A stretch of 64,000 nt of DNA from Petrimonas sp. (GTDB taxonomy: Bacteria > Bacteroidota > Bacteroidia > Bacteroidales > Dysgonomonadaceae), in NCBI GenBank assembly GCA_012839475.1, contig DUNG01000029.1, positions 26,497-90,496 of the forward strand. Reading direction: 5' to 3'. Below, piece after piece: positions 18,838-29,088 of the stretch (position 1 is its first letter; each line of letters starts with the position of its first letter). Made by a program: the position numbers and the translations under genes. The notes under the pieces are model-generated. The model was not told the origin of the DNA. It searched no databases and worked only from the letters and a program-made list of their open reading frames with translations.

Positions 18838-21414
18838 CTATCTGTTAACTCGGATTATCGATAAAGAGTAGGGTGGTAACTCATGTGCAAACTGCCCGGA
18901 AACCATTAAAGGAGACTCCTTGGGGGTAACTGTCCTGTCATTCAGCTCACCCGTCAACACCGTTAAGGTGGATGTATGCTGCCCATTGATTCCCAATTCA
19001 GAAAGGTCAATGGTAACAGAAACCGGTACCGGCAACAGGTTAATCAACTTAACGATCAGGTCACCACTCACCTCGTCCGCCACGATAGATACTGCTACCC
19101 GCTTCTTCACATCTTCCCGTCCATCCGAAAAGGTTAGCACAGCGGGTACGTACTCGTTGCCCGAATGATGTCCAAATAGCTTCTGCACGTGGTAACCCAC
19201 GGTAAGCTTCACCTCCGTGTTGGTGAAATAGATTAAATCGGGATTCCATTGCGTGAACCCCTCCTTGGCCAATAAAGGGGCGTAAGAGGTCATCACCACT
19301 ATATCCCCATTCCGTTCCACGTTAATCAGGTGCAACGCTTCGCAGAGCGCCGTCTCCAGGTTATTATGGCGATTGGGAACATGCGCGGCGTACTCACCCA
19401 GGTAGACCTTCGCCTTGGAGCGATCGTAGCGATCGTAGTACTCCTGGTTATTAAGGTACCACCCGGGGGATTGGTAGTAGTGTTCGTCTACCAACGTAAG
19501 TCCCAACTCCGTAGCCAGGTTCCACCCCTCCACGTAGTCTGCCCCTTCACTGAATGGTCCTGCCGTTCCAATCACGATAATTTCGGGATACTTCTCCTTG
19601 ATCGCATCATGAATCATCGTGAATCGTTCCACGAACAGGTCTGAGATCAAGTCTTCATTGCCTATCCCGATATACTTGAGGTTGAACGGCTCCGGGTGAC
19701 CGGCTTCGGCCCGTTTCCTACCCCACTCGGAGCGTTTATCACCGTTAGCGTACTCGATAAGGTCTAAAATGGTTTGCACGTAGTCGCCCATCTCGTCCAT
19801 CGGTATACCGCCCTGCTGCCCACCAATCGGATAACCGTGATGGGCCGAGTTTTGGCACGGCACGCCGGCAGCAACCACCGGGATAGCCTCAGCGCCAATA
19901 TCTTCACAAAACTGGAAATACTCGAAGTACCCTAATCCAGCCGACTGGTGGTATCCCCATTGGTTGCGTTGCGGCTTCCGTGCCTCTAACGGACCAATGG
20001 TGTTTTCCCACCGGTAGATGTTCCCAATTCCATCGCCATGCGCCACGCATCCACCCGGGAAACGTACGAAACGGGGTTTCATATCGGCTAGTGCTTGTGC
20101 CAGATCGGCTCTCAGCCCATTTTTACGCCCCTTGAACGTTTTTTGGGGGAATAGGGAGATCATATCCAGCTCTACCCTTCCAGTCTGCTGGGGCACCACC
20201 TCCAATCGAGCGTTGGCTGCCGTACCCGTGGCCGTGATTACCGCTTCGAGCTTCCTCCATTCACCACTCATCCTTCGCGTGGTAGCCTCTCCCAGCACCT
20301 CACCATTGGTACCGGTTAACCGAACCGTTATCCTCCCCCGTTTTTTCTCGGGCGAGCGTGCGAACAGCGAGAAGTCATATTTATCACCCGCCTTAACGGC
20401 GATCCCGTTGAATCCCTCGTTGACGAGCGCCACGCTTTCATTATCGATATCCAGCACCGCGTAATGCTTGTTGTTCGGGTGAATGGGGTTCACCGTATCG
20501 ACCGTGAACGGCTTTCCGTTCACGGTGGACCACGCGTAGAAGCTGTTCCAGTTTTCATCCGCACCTAACTTATCGCTCGGCGCATATTCGAATCCCCTGT
20601 TTTGAACCAGTTCAGCGTATAGCCCCCCGTCGGCCGCGTAGTTGATATCCTCGTAAAAAATACCGATTAGCTCATCGCTAATCGACTTCTTCTCCTGTAA
20701 AACAGGGGTGATTGAAACCTCAACCCGATCTCTGAACAGGGCCGGATCCATTGCCACCCGTTCCCCATTCATGCGGTTTTTGTGCGCAGCGACCTGATAG
20801 GCCTTTTGCAGTCCATCTATCACGCTCCACGCCACCTGATGAGCGGTCCCCCAACGTTCCACCCCGTTGATAACGGCCGCTGTTCTCCCGGTTTCGAACC
20901 GCTCTGCTAAAGTCGCCGGCGTGTAGTTCCGAAAGTCTCCCGTTACGCTCAGGTACACCCCCTGTTGCTGTCTGTCGCTATGCCAGGTAACGCGGTACTC
21001 CTCCTTTACAGGATCAAAAGTGAGTTCCGGTCGTAAACAGTTTCCAAGCGGCATCAACACCGGGTACGACTGGGGTTTCCAGTAAATCAGGTCGGTGGAC
21101 ACCGTGAGGGCGATGGCTCCATCCTGGTCGTTCAATGACCAGGTGCAAAACCATCGCCCATCAGGTGCTTGTAACAGAAACGGGTCGTACATCCTTTTCT
21201 GTGATCCCCACCTGCCGTAGTCTGACCTTAAAAAAGTATGGTTATGCCCTATGGGGTGCCAACTTAGCTGGTCGATGCTCCACGCGAAGTAGAGCCCGCT
21301 TCCAATCCCATCGCCATACGCGAAGAGGTAAGCCGAATCGGGCTCATTCGCCTTCAGCAACGGAGCATTTAACAGCAGGACGATGAAAAGAAAAAGGATT
21401 TTCAACGAACGCAT
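18838..21414 (-). CDS. GH51 alpha-L-arabinofuranosidase with ~230 aa N-terminal propeller-like extension
   Basis: FYEDINYAADGGLYAELVQNRGFE, FPGGCVAHG, YIGIGNE, LGEYAA. The N-terminal segment (LFAYGDG...FAWSIDQLSWHP...YDPFLLQAPDGRWFCTW) resembles GH43-type blades. Confidence 0.8.
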   Translation of the reverse strand: MRSLKILFLFIVLLLNAPLLKANEPDSAYLFAYGDGIGSGLYFAWSIDQLSWHPIGHNHTFLRSDYGRWGSQKRMYDPFLLQAPDGRWFCTWSLNDQDGAIALTVSTDLIYWKPQSYPVLMPLGNCLRPELTFDPVKEEYRVTWHSDRQQQGVYLSVTGDFRNYTPATLAERFETGRTAAVINGVERWGTAHQVAWSVIDGLQKAYQVAAHKNRMNGERVAMDPALFRDRVEVSITPVLQEKKSISDELIGIFYEDINYAADGGLYAELVQNRGFEYAPSDKLGADENWNSFYAWSTVNGKPFTVDTVNPIHPNNKHYAVLDIDNESVALVNEGFNGIAVKAGDKYDFSLFARSPEKKRGRITVRLTGTNGEVLGEATTRRMSGEWRKLEAVITATGTAANARLEVVPQQTGRVELDMISLFPQKTFKGRKNGLRADLAQALADMKPRFVRFPGGCVAHGDGIGNIYRWENTIGPLEARKPQRNQWGYHQSAGLGYFEYFQFCEDIGAEAIPVVAAGVPCQNSAHHGYPIGGQQGGIPMDEMGDYVQTILDLIEYANGDKRSEWGRKRAEAGHPEPFNLKYIGIGNEDLISDLFVERFTMIHDAIKEKYPEIIVIGTAGPFSEGADYVEGWNLATELGLTLVDEHYYQSPGWYLNNQEYYDRYDRSKAKVYLGEYAAHVPNRHNNLETALCEALHLINVERNGDIVVMTSYAPLLAKEGFTQWNPDLIYFTNTEVKLTVGYHVQKLFGHHSGNEYVPAVLTFSDGREDVKKRVAVSIVADEVSGDLIVKLINLLPVPVSVTIDLSELGINGQHTSTLTVLTGELNDRTVTPKESPLMVSGQFAHELPPYSLSIIRVNR

Positions 21415-21417
21415 TTC

Positions 21418-23163
21418 TTACCAGAAGTAGATGTAGAATAATACACAAAGAAGGACAACACCTAACGAAGCGACCACGTCCCAAGCGGTCCAGCTCTTAC
21501 GGATAAGTCCCCTGTAATCTTTCGTGAAGGTAATCGCTTCGACCTGTTTAGCCGATGGTTTCGGCGTGAAGAACGATACCACGACCATCATCAGTATGAT
21601 AAACACCAGTAACCAGACTTCAAAGATAAGCCAGTTCGTTTGCCAGAACCAGGTGGTATTATCCCAGAACCATCCGGTCATCACATCTTTACCGTTATTG
21701 GTGAAGATATTGGTCACCAACCGCAACATACCAACGATAAAGCCGCCTATCAAGCCCACCTCACCTGCCTTGGGCGTAATCCTCTTGGAGAAGATACCCA
21801 TTGCGAACACGGCCACCATGGCGGGAGCGAGCAGCGATTGTATATTTTGTAGGTAATCGTACAGGTTGCCGAGACTCATCATAACGGGTACCCAAACAAT
21901 ACCGAGCACCACCACAACCATGGTCGCGATCCGACCAACCAGAACGTAAGTGGCCTCGCTCTTGTCTTTAAACTTCGGCTTATAGAAATCCTCTGTGAAG
22001 AGCGTGGCGCAAGAGTTGAAGAATGCGGCCAAAGAGGCAACCAGGGCGGAGATAAAACCAATCGTAACCAGTCCTTTCACACCGGCAGGGAGCACGAACT
22101 TCACCATCGTCCCGAAGGCCATATCCGGGTTACCCAACGTGAACCCGGTCTCGGGTCGTGCCACCATCGCGGAGGCCACCATACCCGGTATCAGGAACAT
22201 GAAGACCGGCAAAATCTTAAGATAACCGGCAGCAATGGTTCCCCGACGGGCCCGCTTCATCACCTGGTCGCTGGGTTCACCTTTCCTTTGACCCATAACA
22301 CGTTGCACGATATGCTGGTCGGTACACCAGTACCAAAACCCGATGATCGATGCCCCGATGAACACCCAAACCCCGGGGTACTCACTGTACAACGGATCGT
22401 TCTTGTTGAAATGGAACAGGTGATTGGTGCCATACGCGACGCCATCCTCTCCCACGTTCAACGTCTGGACATGCGCCATCATAGCGTTCCATCCATCCAC
22501 AACGCTTCCGGCTCCAAGCGCGGCAAGACCCAAGAAGAGAACGAGGAACGAACCCACGATCAGGATTGGAGTTTGGATAGCCGAGAGCGTCATTACTCCC
22601 TTCATCCCCCCAAAAACGGTAAAGAGCCCGGTTAACACGATTAACCCAATGGCACCGTACCAAAAAGGTAAGCCAAAGAGGCTCTCCATGAAGATACCCC
22701 CGGTAAACGCGGTGACACTCACCTTGGTGAAAATGTACGCAACGAGCGTGATGATCGACAGCCAGGAGCCAGTTCGATCCGTGTAACGGTACTTGAGGAA
22801 ATCGGGCATCGTGATGATTTTCCCCATCTTTTTACTCATCAACTGGTAAAAGGGCACGAACAGCCATCCCAAGATAAGGATCATCCATCCGTGCATCTCC
22901 CAGTGAGCCATACTCACACCCGATTTCGCACCCGTTCCTGCTAACCCCACAAGATGTTCCGAGCCGATGTTCGCGGCAAATATGGCCGCCCCGATGATAA
23001 ACCAGGGTTCCCCTTTTCCGAACAAGTAGTCCGAGCTATCGGCACCCTGCTGCGCGAGTTTGTGTCTTTTCACTGAACGCCAAACGGCCCAAATCACCAG
23101 CGCAATCCCTACCAGAAGGACAATCCAGTCCAACCAGATAAACTCATGTGCATTCCAATTCAT
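21418..23163 (-). CDS. Sodium:solute symporter family (SGLT-like) sugar transporter, probable arabinose/pentose importer
   Basis: About 14 hydrophobic helices with SSF-type sequence. Lies 3 nt upstream of the GH51 start and directly downstream of araB. Confidence 0.82.
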   Translation of the reverse strand: MNWNAHEFIWLDWIVLLVGIALVIWAVWRSVKRHKLAQQGADSSDYLFGKGEPWFIIGAAIFAANIGSEHLVGLAGTGAKSGVSMAHWEMHGWMILILGWLFVPFYQLMSKKMGKIITMPDFLKYRYTDRTGSWLSIITLVAYIFTKVSVTAFTGGIFMESLFGLPFWYGAIGLIVLTGLFTVFGGMKGVMTLSAIQTPILIVGSFLVLFLGLAALGAGSVVDGWNAMMAHVQTLNVGEDGVAYGTNHLFHFNKNDPLYSEYPGVWVFIGASIIGFWYWCTDQHIVQRVMGQRKGEPSDQVMKRARRGTIAAGYLKILPVFMFLIPGMVASAMVARPETGFTLGNPDMAFGTMVKFVLPAGVKGLVTIGFISALVASLAAFFNSCATLFTEDFYKPKFKDKSEATYVLVGRIATMVVVVLGIVWVPVMMSLGNLYDYLQNIQSLLAPAMVAVFAMGIFSKRITPKAGEVGLIGGFIVGMLRLVTNIFTNNGKDVMTGWFWDNTTWFWQTNWLIFEVWLLVFIILMMVVVSFFTPKPSAKQVEAITFTKDYRGLIRKSWTAWDVVASLGVVLLCVLFYIYFW

Positions 23164-23193
23164 ACGATGATTACTTTAATAAGATTCTATTAT

Positions 23194-24864
23194 TTATTCA
23201 GAAAATTCAGCCTCGGTAAACGTGCCCAACTTGACATAGCGCTCGTAGATGGCTTGGTACCTATCGTGGTTTTCCGCGATCGGATGATACTCAAAGGCGA
23301 ACCCTTGTCCCATCGCGCTTTGGGCCTCTTCCACTTTACCGTACACACCCGCCACCACGGCGGCGAACATGGCGGCACCAAAGGCACACGACTGCTCAGT
23401 TTTCGCCACCTTAATCGGCATACCAAGCACGTCTGACATCGTCTGCATCACGAAGGGCGATTTCAACGAGATACCACCGATCCCGATGATCTCTTTAATC
23501 TCGATCCCGTTTTCGAGGAACCGATCCACGATGGCCTTAGACCCGTAAGCGGTAGCCTCCACCAACGCGCGGAAGATCAAGGGTGCAGAAGAACCCAGCG
23601 TTAAACCCGTGATAGTACCTTTCACCATCTGGTTCGCATCGGGCGTACGCCGCCCGTTCATCCAGTCGGTCGCCAGTATCGTACTTTCGCCCACCGGTAC
23701 GTTCTCTGCCTCCTTGGTCAGCTCGGGGATGATGGCTTCGGATGCCTCCTCGATAAGCTTCTCCTTGGTTTCAGCATCCAGTAGGTCCGACTTCCCGACC
23801 AACTCTTTAAGCGGCCACTCCAGGACTCCCCTGAACCACGCGTAGACATCGCCAAAGGCCGATTGTCCCGCCTCCAGGCCAATCATCCCGGGAATGACCG
23901 AGCCATCCACCTGCCCGCAAATACCAGGTATCAACTTGTCGCCAATCTCCTCGTATGGGACAGCCATGATATCGCACGTTGAGGTACCAATTACCCGCAC
24001 GAAATCGCCCGGCTTGACCTCTACCCCCACGGCACCCATATGGCAGTCGAACGCACCCACGGCCACCGCCACGTTAGTAGTCAATCCCAGGCGTTCCGCC
24101 CACTCCTCGGTAAGGTTCCCCACCTTTACATCGCTCGGGTAGGTTTCCGTGTACAAACGATCGCGGAAGCCTGCCAGCAGCGGATCGAGGGCTGTCAGGA
24201 ACTCCTCTGGGGGCAGTCCTCCCCACGAGGGGTGCCACATGGCCTTATGTCCAGCCGCGCAGCGGCTCCGAAGCATCGTCTCCGGCTTCGTGTTACCGGT
24301 CAGCAAGGCAGGCAACCAATCGCAATGTTCTGTCCACGAGTAGGCCGCGTCGCGTACCTGCTCATCTTCTCGCAAGATATGCAGCATCTTGGCCCAAACC
24401 CACTCGGAGGAGTAGATTCCCCCCTCATACGCCGTGTAGTCGACGTCCCACTTTTTTGCCAGTTCGTTTATTTCGGCCGCCTCTTGTACAGCCGTATGGT
24501 CTTTCCACAGCACGAACATGGCGTTCGGGTTTTCAGCGAACTCGGGTAGCAGCGCCAGTGGCGTCCCCTCGCTATCGGTGAACACCGGCGTGGAGCCAGT
24601 AGTATCGAACCCCATACCTACCACCTTCTCGGCGGTACCCTTCGGCGCCTTCGACAGGGCTTCACGAATGCACTCTTCCAATACCTCGATGTAATCGAGC
24701 GGATGTTGGCGGTACTGATTCGCGAACGGGTCGCAATATTTCCCTTCCGTCCAACGGGGGTAGTAGGTGACCGCGGTAGCGATCTCCTCCCCGTTCAACG
24801 CATTAACTATAACGGCACGGCACGAGTCCGATCCGTAATCTAATCCTATAACGTATTTATCCAT
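23194..24864 (-). CDS. araB: Ribulokinase (FGGY family)
   Basis: The N-terminus YVIGLDYGSDSCRAVIVNALNGEEIATAVTYYPRW closely parallels E. coli AraB. Sits in araB-araA-araD context. Confidence 0.88.
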   Translation of the reverse strand: MDKYVIGLDYGSDSCRAVIVNALNGEEIATAVTYYPRWTEGKYCDPFANQYRQHPLDYIEVLEECIREALSKAPKGTAEKVVGMGFDTTGSTPVFTDSEGTPLALLPEFAENPNAMFVLWKDHTAVQEAAEINELAKKWDVDYTAYEGGIYSSEWVWAKMLHILREDEQVRDAAYSWTEHCDWLPALLTGNTKPETMLRSRCAAGHKAMWHPSWGGLPPEEFLTALDPLLAGFRDRLYTETYPSDVKVGNLTEEWAERLGLTTNVAVAVGAFDCHMGAVGVEVKPGDFVRVIGTSTCDIMAVPYEEIGDKLIPGICGQVDGSVIPGMIGLEAGQSAFGDVYAWFRGVLEWPLKELVGKSDLLDAETKEKLIEEASEAIIPELTKEAENVPVGESTILATDWMNGRRTPDANQMVKGTITGLTLGSSAPLIFRALVEATAYGSKAIVDRFLENGIEIKEIIGIGGISLKSPFVMQTMSDVLGMPIKVAKTEQSCAFGAAMFAAVVAGVYGKVEEAQSAMGQGFAFEYHPIAENHDRYQAIYERYVKLGTFTEAEFSE

Positions 24865-24887
24865 CGTTCTCCTCTTGATTGTTACTT

Positions 24888-26390
24888 TTAGCGCAGTGCT
24901 TTATTCAACATGTAATAGACTTCGTTATCGCGCAGTTCCTTCCTGAAGCCACGGATGGTGGTATCTTTATCGATGATAAGCAGTTCGATGTCCGCGATTT
25001 CCGCGTAATCCTCCAGCATCTCTGTCGTTACTGAATAGGAGAAACTGGTATGGTGCGTACCTCCAGCCAGTATCCATGCGCCTGCTCCAACCTCGAAGTT
25101 GGGCATCGGTTTCCACAACGCGCAGGCCACGGGAAGCTTGGGTAGTGGTTTCGGCTTCTTTACTTCCACCTCGTTCACGATCATGCGGAAGCGGTTCCCC
25201 ATATCCACGATGGTCGCGGCAACACCTTCCCCTTCATGCGCTTGGAATACCAAACGAGCACAGGTACGGGCATCACCAATGCCCAAGAAATGCACCTCGA
25301 TGCGCGGTTTCGTTCCCGTGATATCGGGGTTTATTTCCAGCATATGCGATTGCAAGATGGTACTATTCTCCCCATCGAAGTTCAGCGTGTAATCTTCCAG
25401 GAACGATTGTCCCCCGGGCAGTCCTTGTCCCATCACCCACATGGTACGTACCAGGGCAGCGGTTTTCCAGTCCCCTTCGGCACCGAACCCGTAGCCTTCG
25501 GCCATCAACCGCTGGGAGGCGAATCCCATCAGCTGCTTCATACCTTCTAGCTCGTTGAAGTTGGTGGTAAAGGCCTTAGCTCCCCTCTCCTGAAGGAACC
25601 GGCGCAACCCAATCTCCTGGGCGGCGGCGTCTCGAACAAACGAGTGCTTCTCTTGTCCCCGCTTGCAGTCGTCGGCGAAATCGTACAATGCTTCGTACTC
25701 TTCTATCAATGCGTCGATCTCCTCCTTGGTTACCGCCTCCACGTACGGAACAAGTGTCGCGATGGGCGCGTTATCCACGTGGTAGCCCAAACGAATCTCA
25801 GCCTCCACCTTGTCGCCATCGGTTACGGCCACGTTGTTCATGTTGTCACCAAAACGGATGACCAACATCCCTTGCGCATCCGCCCATCCGGCGCATACCC
25901 GCATCCAGGAAGCGATTTTCTTTTGTGTCTCCTCCTCTTTCCAGTAACCGACCACCACCTTCCTGGGCATCCGCAGGCGACTGGTGATATGCCCAAACTC
26001 ACGGTCCCCATGAGCCGATTGGTTCAGGTTCATGAAGTCCATATCGATCTCGCTCCAAGGGATCTCCTTGTTGTATTGCGTGTGCAAATGCATCAGCGGC
26101 TTCCTGAAATTCTGTAATCCCCTGATCCACATTTTCGCGGGCGAGAAAGTATGCATCCACGTGATCACGCCAATACAAGCCGCGTGGTTATTGGCATCCT
26201 TGAACACTGTCTCCACTTCGGGTGCCGAGTTAGCCGTCCCTTTATAAACGACCTTCACGGGCAGCAGACCCGACTCGTTCAACCCCTTTACTATCTCTTC
26301 CGAATGGGCGTTAACGGTTACTACCGCATCGCCGCCGTACAAGAGCTGCGCCCCTGTAACGAACCATACCTCTTGATTTTTAAATGGCAT
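24888..26390 (-). CDS. araA: L-arabinose isomerase
   Basis: EVWFVTGAQLLYG N-terminus and 500 aa length match AraA. Lies between araD and araB. Confidence 0.9.
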   Translation of the reverse strand: MPFKNQEVWFVTGAQLLYGGDAVVTVNAHSEEIVKGLNESGLLPVKVVYKGTANSAPEVETVFKDANNHAACIGVITWMHTFSPAKMWIRGLQNFRKPLMHLHTQYNKEIPWSEIDMDFMNLNQSAHGDREFGHITSRLRMPRKVVVGYWKEEETQKKIASWMRVCAGWADAQGMLVIRFGDNMNNVAVTDGDKVEAEIRLGYHVDNAPIATLVPYVEAVTKEEIDALIEEYEALYDFADDCKRGQEKHSFVRDAAAQEIGLRRFLQERGAKAFTTNFNELEGMKQLMGFASQRLMAEGYGFGAEGDWKTAALVRTMWVMGQGLPGGQSFLEDYTLNFDGENSTILQSHMLEINPDITGTKPRIEVHFLGIGDARTCARLVFQAHEGEGVAATIVDMGNRFRMIVNEVEVKKPKPLPKLPVACALWKPMPNFEVGAGAWILAGGTHHTSFSYSVTTEMLEDYAEIADIELLIIDKDTTIRGFRKELRDNEVYYMLNKALR

Positions 26391-26494
26391 ACTATTGATT
26401 TATTTTTATGATTAATAATTGATGTAATATGTTGTTGACCTTGTACAAACAGCGTTGATTTTCAGGCCACTATTGATCCCGTAACACATTTTCA

Positions 26495-27181
26495 CTACTG
26501 CCCGTAATAGGCCCCCGGCCCATGTTTCCGAAGGAAGTGCTTTTGAATTAGCGACCTGTTCATCGTGAGGTCTGGGTTGACCTGGTAGGCGATGTAAGCC
26601 ATCTTGGCCACCTGTTCCATCACAACGGCGTTATAGACCGCCTCATCCGCATCCTTTCCCCATGAAAAGGGACCATGATTCTTGACCAGCACACCGGGAA
26701 CATGTACCGGGTTAATCTCCCTGAAGCGTTCAACGATTACCTTCCCGGTCTCTTTCTCATACTCCCCGTTCACCTCTGCTTCAGTCATATCACGGGTACA
26801 GGGAATTGCATCGCTAAAGTAATCGGCGTGCGTGGTACCGATATTGGGGATATCCCGACCGGCTTGCGCCCACGCTGTTGCAAAGGTGGAGTGCGTGTGT
26901 ACCACCCCCCCGATCTCAGAAAAGGCCTTGTATAGCTCCAGGTGTGTAGCCGTGTCTGATGATGGCTTATACTTACCATCTACTCGGTTCCCGTTCAGGT
27001 CTACGACCACCATGTCCTCCGCTTTCATCTCATCGTAAGAGACGCCGGAGGGTTTAATAACCACAAGGCCTTTCTCGCGGTCGATCCCGCTCACGTTACC
27101 CCAGGTGAAAATCACCAAGCCCTGTTTCACTAAGTCCAGGTTAGCCTTAAAGACCCGTTTTTTTAACTTTTCTATACCCAT
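26495..27181 (-). CDS. araD: L-ribulose-5-phosphate 4-epimerase
   Basis: [27 protein letters not shown]...KPSSDTATH...VHTHS class II aldolase/AraD pattern, 228 aa. Confidence 0.9.
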   Translation of the reverse strand: MGIEKLKKRVFKANLDLVKQGLVIFTWGNVSGIDREKGLVVIKPSGVSYDEMKAEDMVVVDLNGNRVDGKYKPSSDTATHLELYKAFSEIGGVVHTHSTFATAWAQAGRDIPNIGTTHADYFSDAIPCTRDMTEAEVNGEYEKETGKVIVERFREINPVHVPGVLVKNHGPFSWGKDADEAVYNAVVMEQVAKMAYIAYQVNPDLTMNRSLIQKHFLRKHGPGAYYGQ

Positions 27182-27224
27182 TGTACTTTTTCTCCCGGTT
27201 ATTCATGTTCAACTCATTGTTAAA

Positions 27225-27248
27225 CTCGCCGCCCCGAGGGGCGGCGAG
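27225..27248 (-). terminator. GC-rich hairpin between GH51 (27262-28803) and araD; attenuator or partial terminator
   Basis: CTCGCCGCCCCGAGGGGCGGCGAG is a near-perfect 24-nt palindrome. On the minus strand it is followed by TTTAACAAT, a weak U-tract. Confidence 0.5.
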
Positions 27249-27261
27249 ACATTGCGGTCGG

Positions 27262-28803
27262 TTATTGCAGTTCAACCAGCACTACCGACTTGGGGGGCAG
27301 CGTCACCGTTAAATCATCGCGATTCAGAGTGGCCCCGTTGAAATCCTTTACCGTCACCTTAGACGGCTCATCGAAGGTATTGTGATCGTTGATTTTACCG
27401 GAAGTAAGTATTTTTCCACTCACTTTCTTAGCCGATGCGCCCATCAGCCGCGTCTCTACGCGTTGCTCGTTATTTGGATCGATATTGACCAGCGTGATAT
27501 GGATTTTCCCATCTGCATCCTTTGAAGCAGAGACACTTACCGCGTCGATCTCCCTGTTCCCTTGCCGGTACTTCGCGCTCGTAAGCGAAATTGGCAGTAG
27601 GGTGGCGTCCTGATGCACCTTGTAGAGGTAAAAGACCCAGTAGGTGGGAGTTAGTACCATCTTCGCTTCATCGGTCAGCACCACTGACTGCAGCACATTC
27701 ACCGTCTGCGCCAGGTTAGCCATCTGAATGCGATCGCAACGTGCGTTGAACAGGTTCAAGTTGATACCGGCCACAATCGCATCGCGCAGTGTGTTTTGCT
27801 GATACAGGAAACCGGGGTTGGTTCCGGGCTCTACGTTATACCACGTGCCCCACTCGTCGATAATCATCCCGATTCGCTTTTGGGGATCGTACCGATCCAT
27901 GATTTCGCTATGCTTAGCAATCAGTTCCTTCATATGGAGCGTCTTTTCGATGGTGGTGAAGTACTCCTGCTCGTCGAAATTCGTTGCCGACCCTTTATCG
28001 CTCCAATCCTTCGGCACCGTGTAATAATGCAGCGATAGGCCCTGCATCTGATTACCAACGTTCTTCATCACGGTCTCCGTCCAGTAATAGTCCCCGCTGT
28101 TGGCGCCACAAGCGATCTTGTATAGGCGGTTATTGCCGTAATTACGGGCATACGTGGCATAATGGCGATAGATATCGGAGTAGTAGTCGGCCGTCATGTT
28201 GCCACCGCACCCCCAGTTCTCGTTACCTATACCCCAAAACTTCACCTTCCACGGCTCATCGCGTCCGTTCTTACGGCGCAGGTTCGCCATCGGGCTCTCC
28301 CCATCGAAGGTGACGTACTCAATCCACTTTGACAACTCCTCCACGGTACCGCTGCCCACGTTCGCGCTGATATAGGGCTCCGTGCCCAGCTGTTCGCACA
28401 GGTCTAAGAACTCATGCGTGCCAAAGCTATTATCTTCCACCACCCCACCCCAGTGTGTATTGATCATTTTAGGACGCTCCGCCCTGGGACCTATTCCATC
28501 CATCCAGTGGTACTCATCTGCAAAACATCCCCCGGGCCAGCGAAGGTTAGGGATACGTATATCTTTCAGCGCCTGCACAACGTCGTTCCGTATCCCCCGG
28601 GTATTGGGTATATCGGAACCTTCTCCAACCCAGTACCCACCGTAGATACAACGACCAAGGTGTTCTGAAAAATGACCGTAGATATGGCGGTTAATGGTAT
28701 ACTCACCTCTATCCGCCTCGATAATCAGTCGGTTTTGAGCAGTCGCGGAAGCTCCCATTGCCATCAAAACCACAAGCATTGCTAACATTTTTACTCTCTT
28801 CAT
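27262..28803 (-). CDS. GH51 alpha-L-arabinofuranosidase (classical ~500 aa AbfA type)
   Basis: Signal peptide. [40 protein letters not shown]. Confidence 0.9.
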   Translation of the reverse strand: MKRVKMLAMLVVLMAMGASATAQNRLIIEADRGEYTINRHIYGHFSEHLGRCIYGGYWVGEGSDIPNTRGIRNDVVQALKDIRIPNLRWPGGCFADEYHWMDGIGPRAERPKMINTHWGGVVEDNSFGTHEFLDLCEQLGTEPYISANVGSGTVEELSKWIEYVTFDGESPMANLRRKNGRDEPWKVKFWGIGNENWGCGGNMTADYYSDIYRHYATYARNYGNNRLYKIACGANSGDYYWTETVMKNVGNQMQGLSLHYYTVPKDWSDKGSATNFDEQEYFTTIEKTLHMKELIAKHSEIMDRYDPQKRIGMIIDEWGTWYNVEPGTNPGFLYQQNTLRDAIVAGINLNLFNARCDRIQMANLAQTVNVLQSVVLTDEAKMVLTPTYWVFYLYKVHQDATLLPISLTSAKYRQGNREIDAVSVSASKDADGKIHITLVNIDPNNEQRVETRLMGASAKKVSGKILTSGKINDHNTFDEPSKVTVKDFNGATLNRDDLTVTLPPKSVVLVELQ

Positions 28804-28834
28804 AGCCTATTTATTTTATTAAATTCAACTTTTA

Positions 28835-28842
28835 CAAAGTTA
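28835..28842 (-). promoter_or_regulatory. -7 box TAACTTTG, candidate promoter for the GH51-araDAB-symporter-GH51-GH127-GH51 unit
   Basis: Minus-strand TAnnTTTG match, 32 nt upstream of the ATG at 28803, inside a 285-nt gap. A second match, TAATTTTG, lies at 28884-28877. Confidence 0.4.
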
Positions 28843-29088
28843 CACATTTATTCTCACAAGAGGTTCCCCTACTGTACAAAATTACACTTATTATCAACAC
28901 CTCGTATCCAAAAGAAACATTTATCCTCCATTTATATGCAAAAATCCTCCACGTCACCACAAGCCAACTCGCGCTCTCGTGGTAACCACACGGTGCGTTG
29001 GTGACTGTCGATAACGGAAAACCAACGAGTAACACCGCGTAATCCTGGACGTGATACTGATCGTGATTCCGCTCGTGGCGTTTTTCGC

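Noticed and set aside
28804-29088. Track ORF 28832-29035 (67 aa, minus strand) in the GH97/GH51 gap
   Set aside because: It spans the predicted promoter boxes, has an odd composition and no motif. The gap is more simply an internal promoter region.
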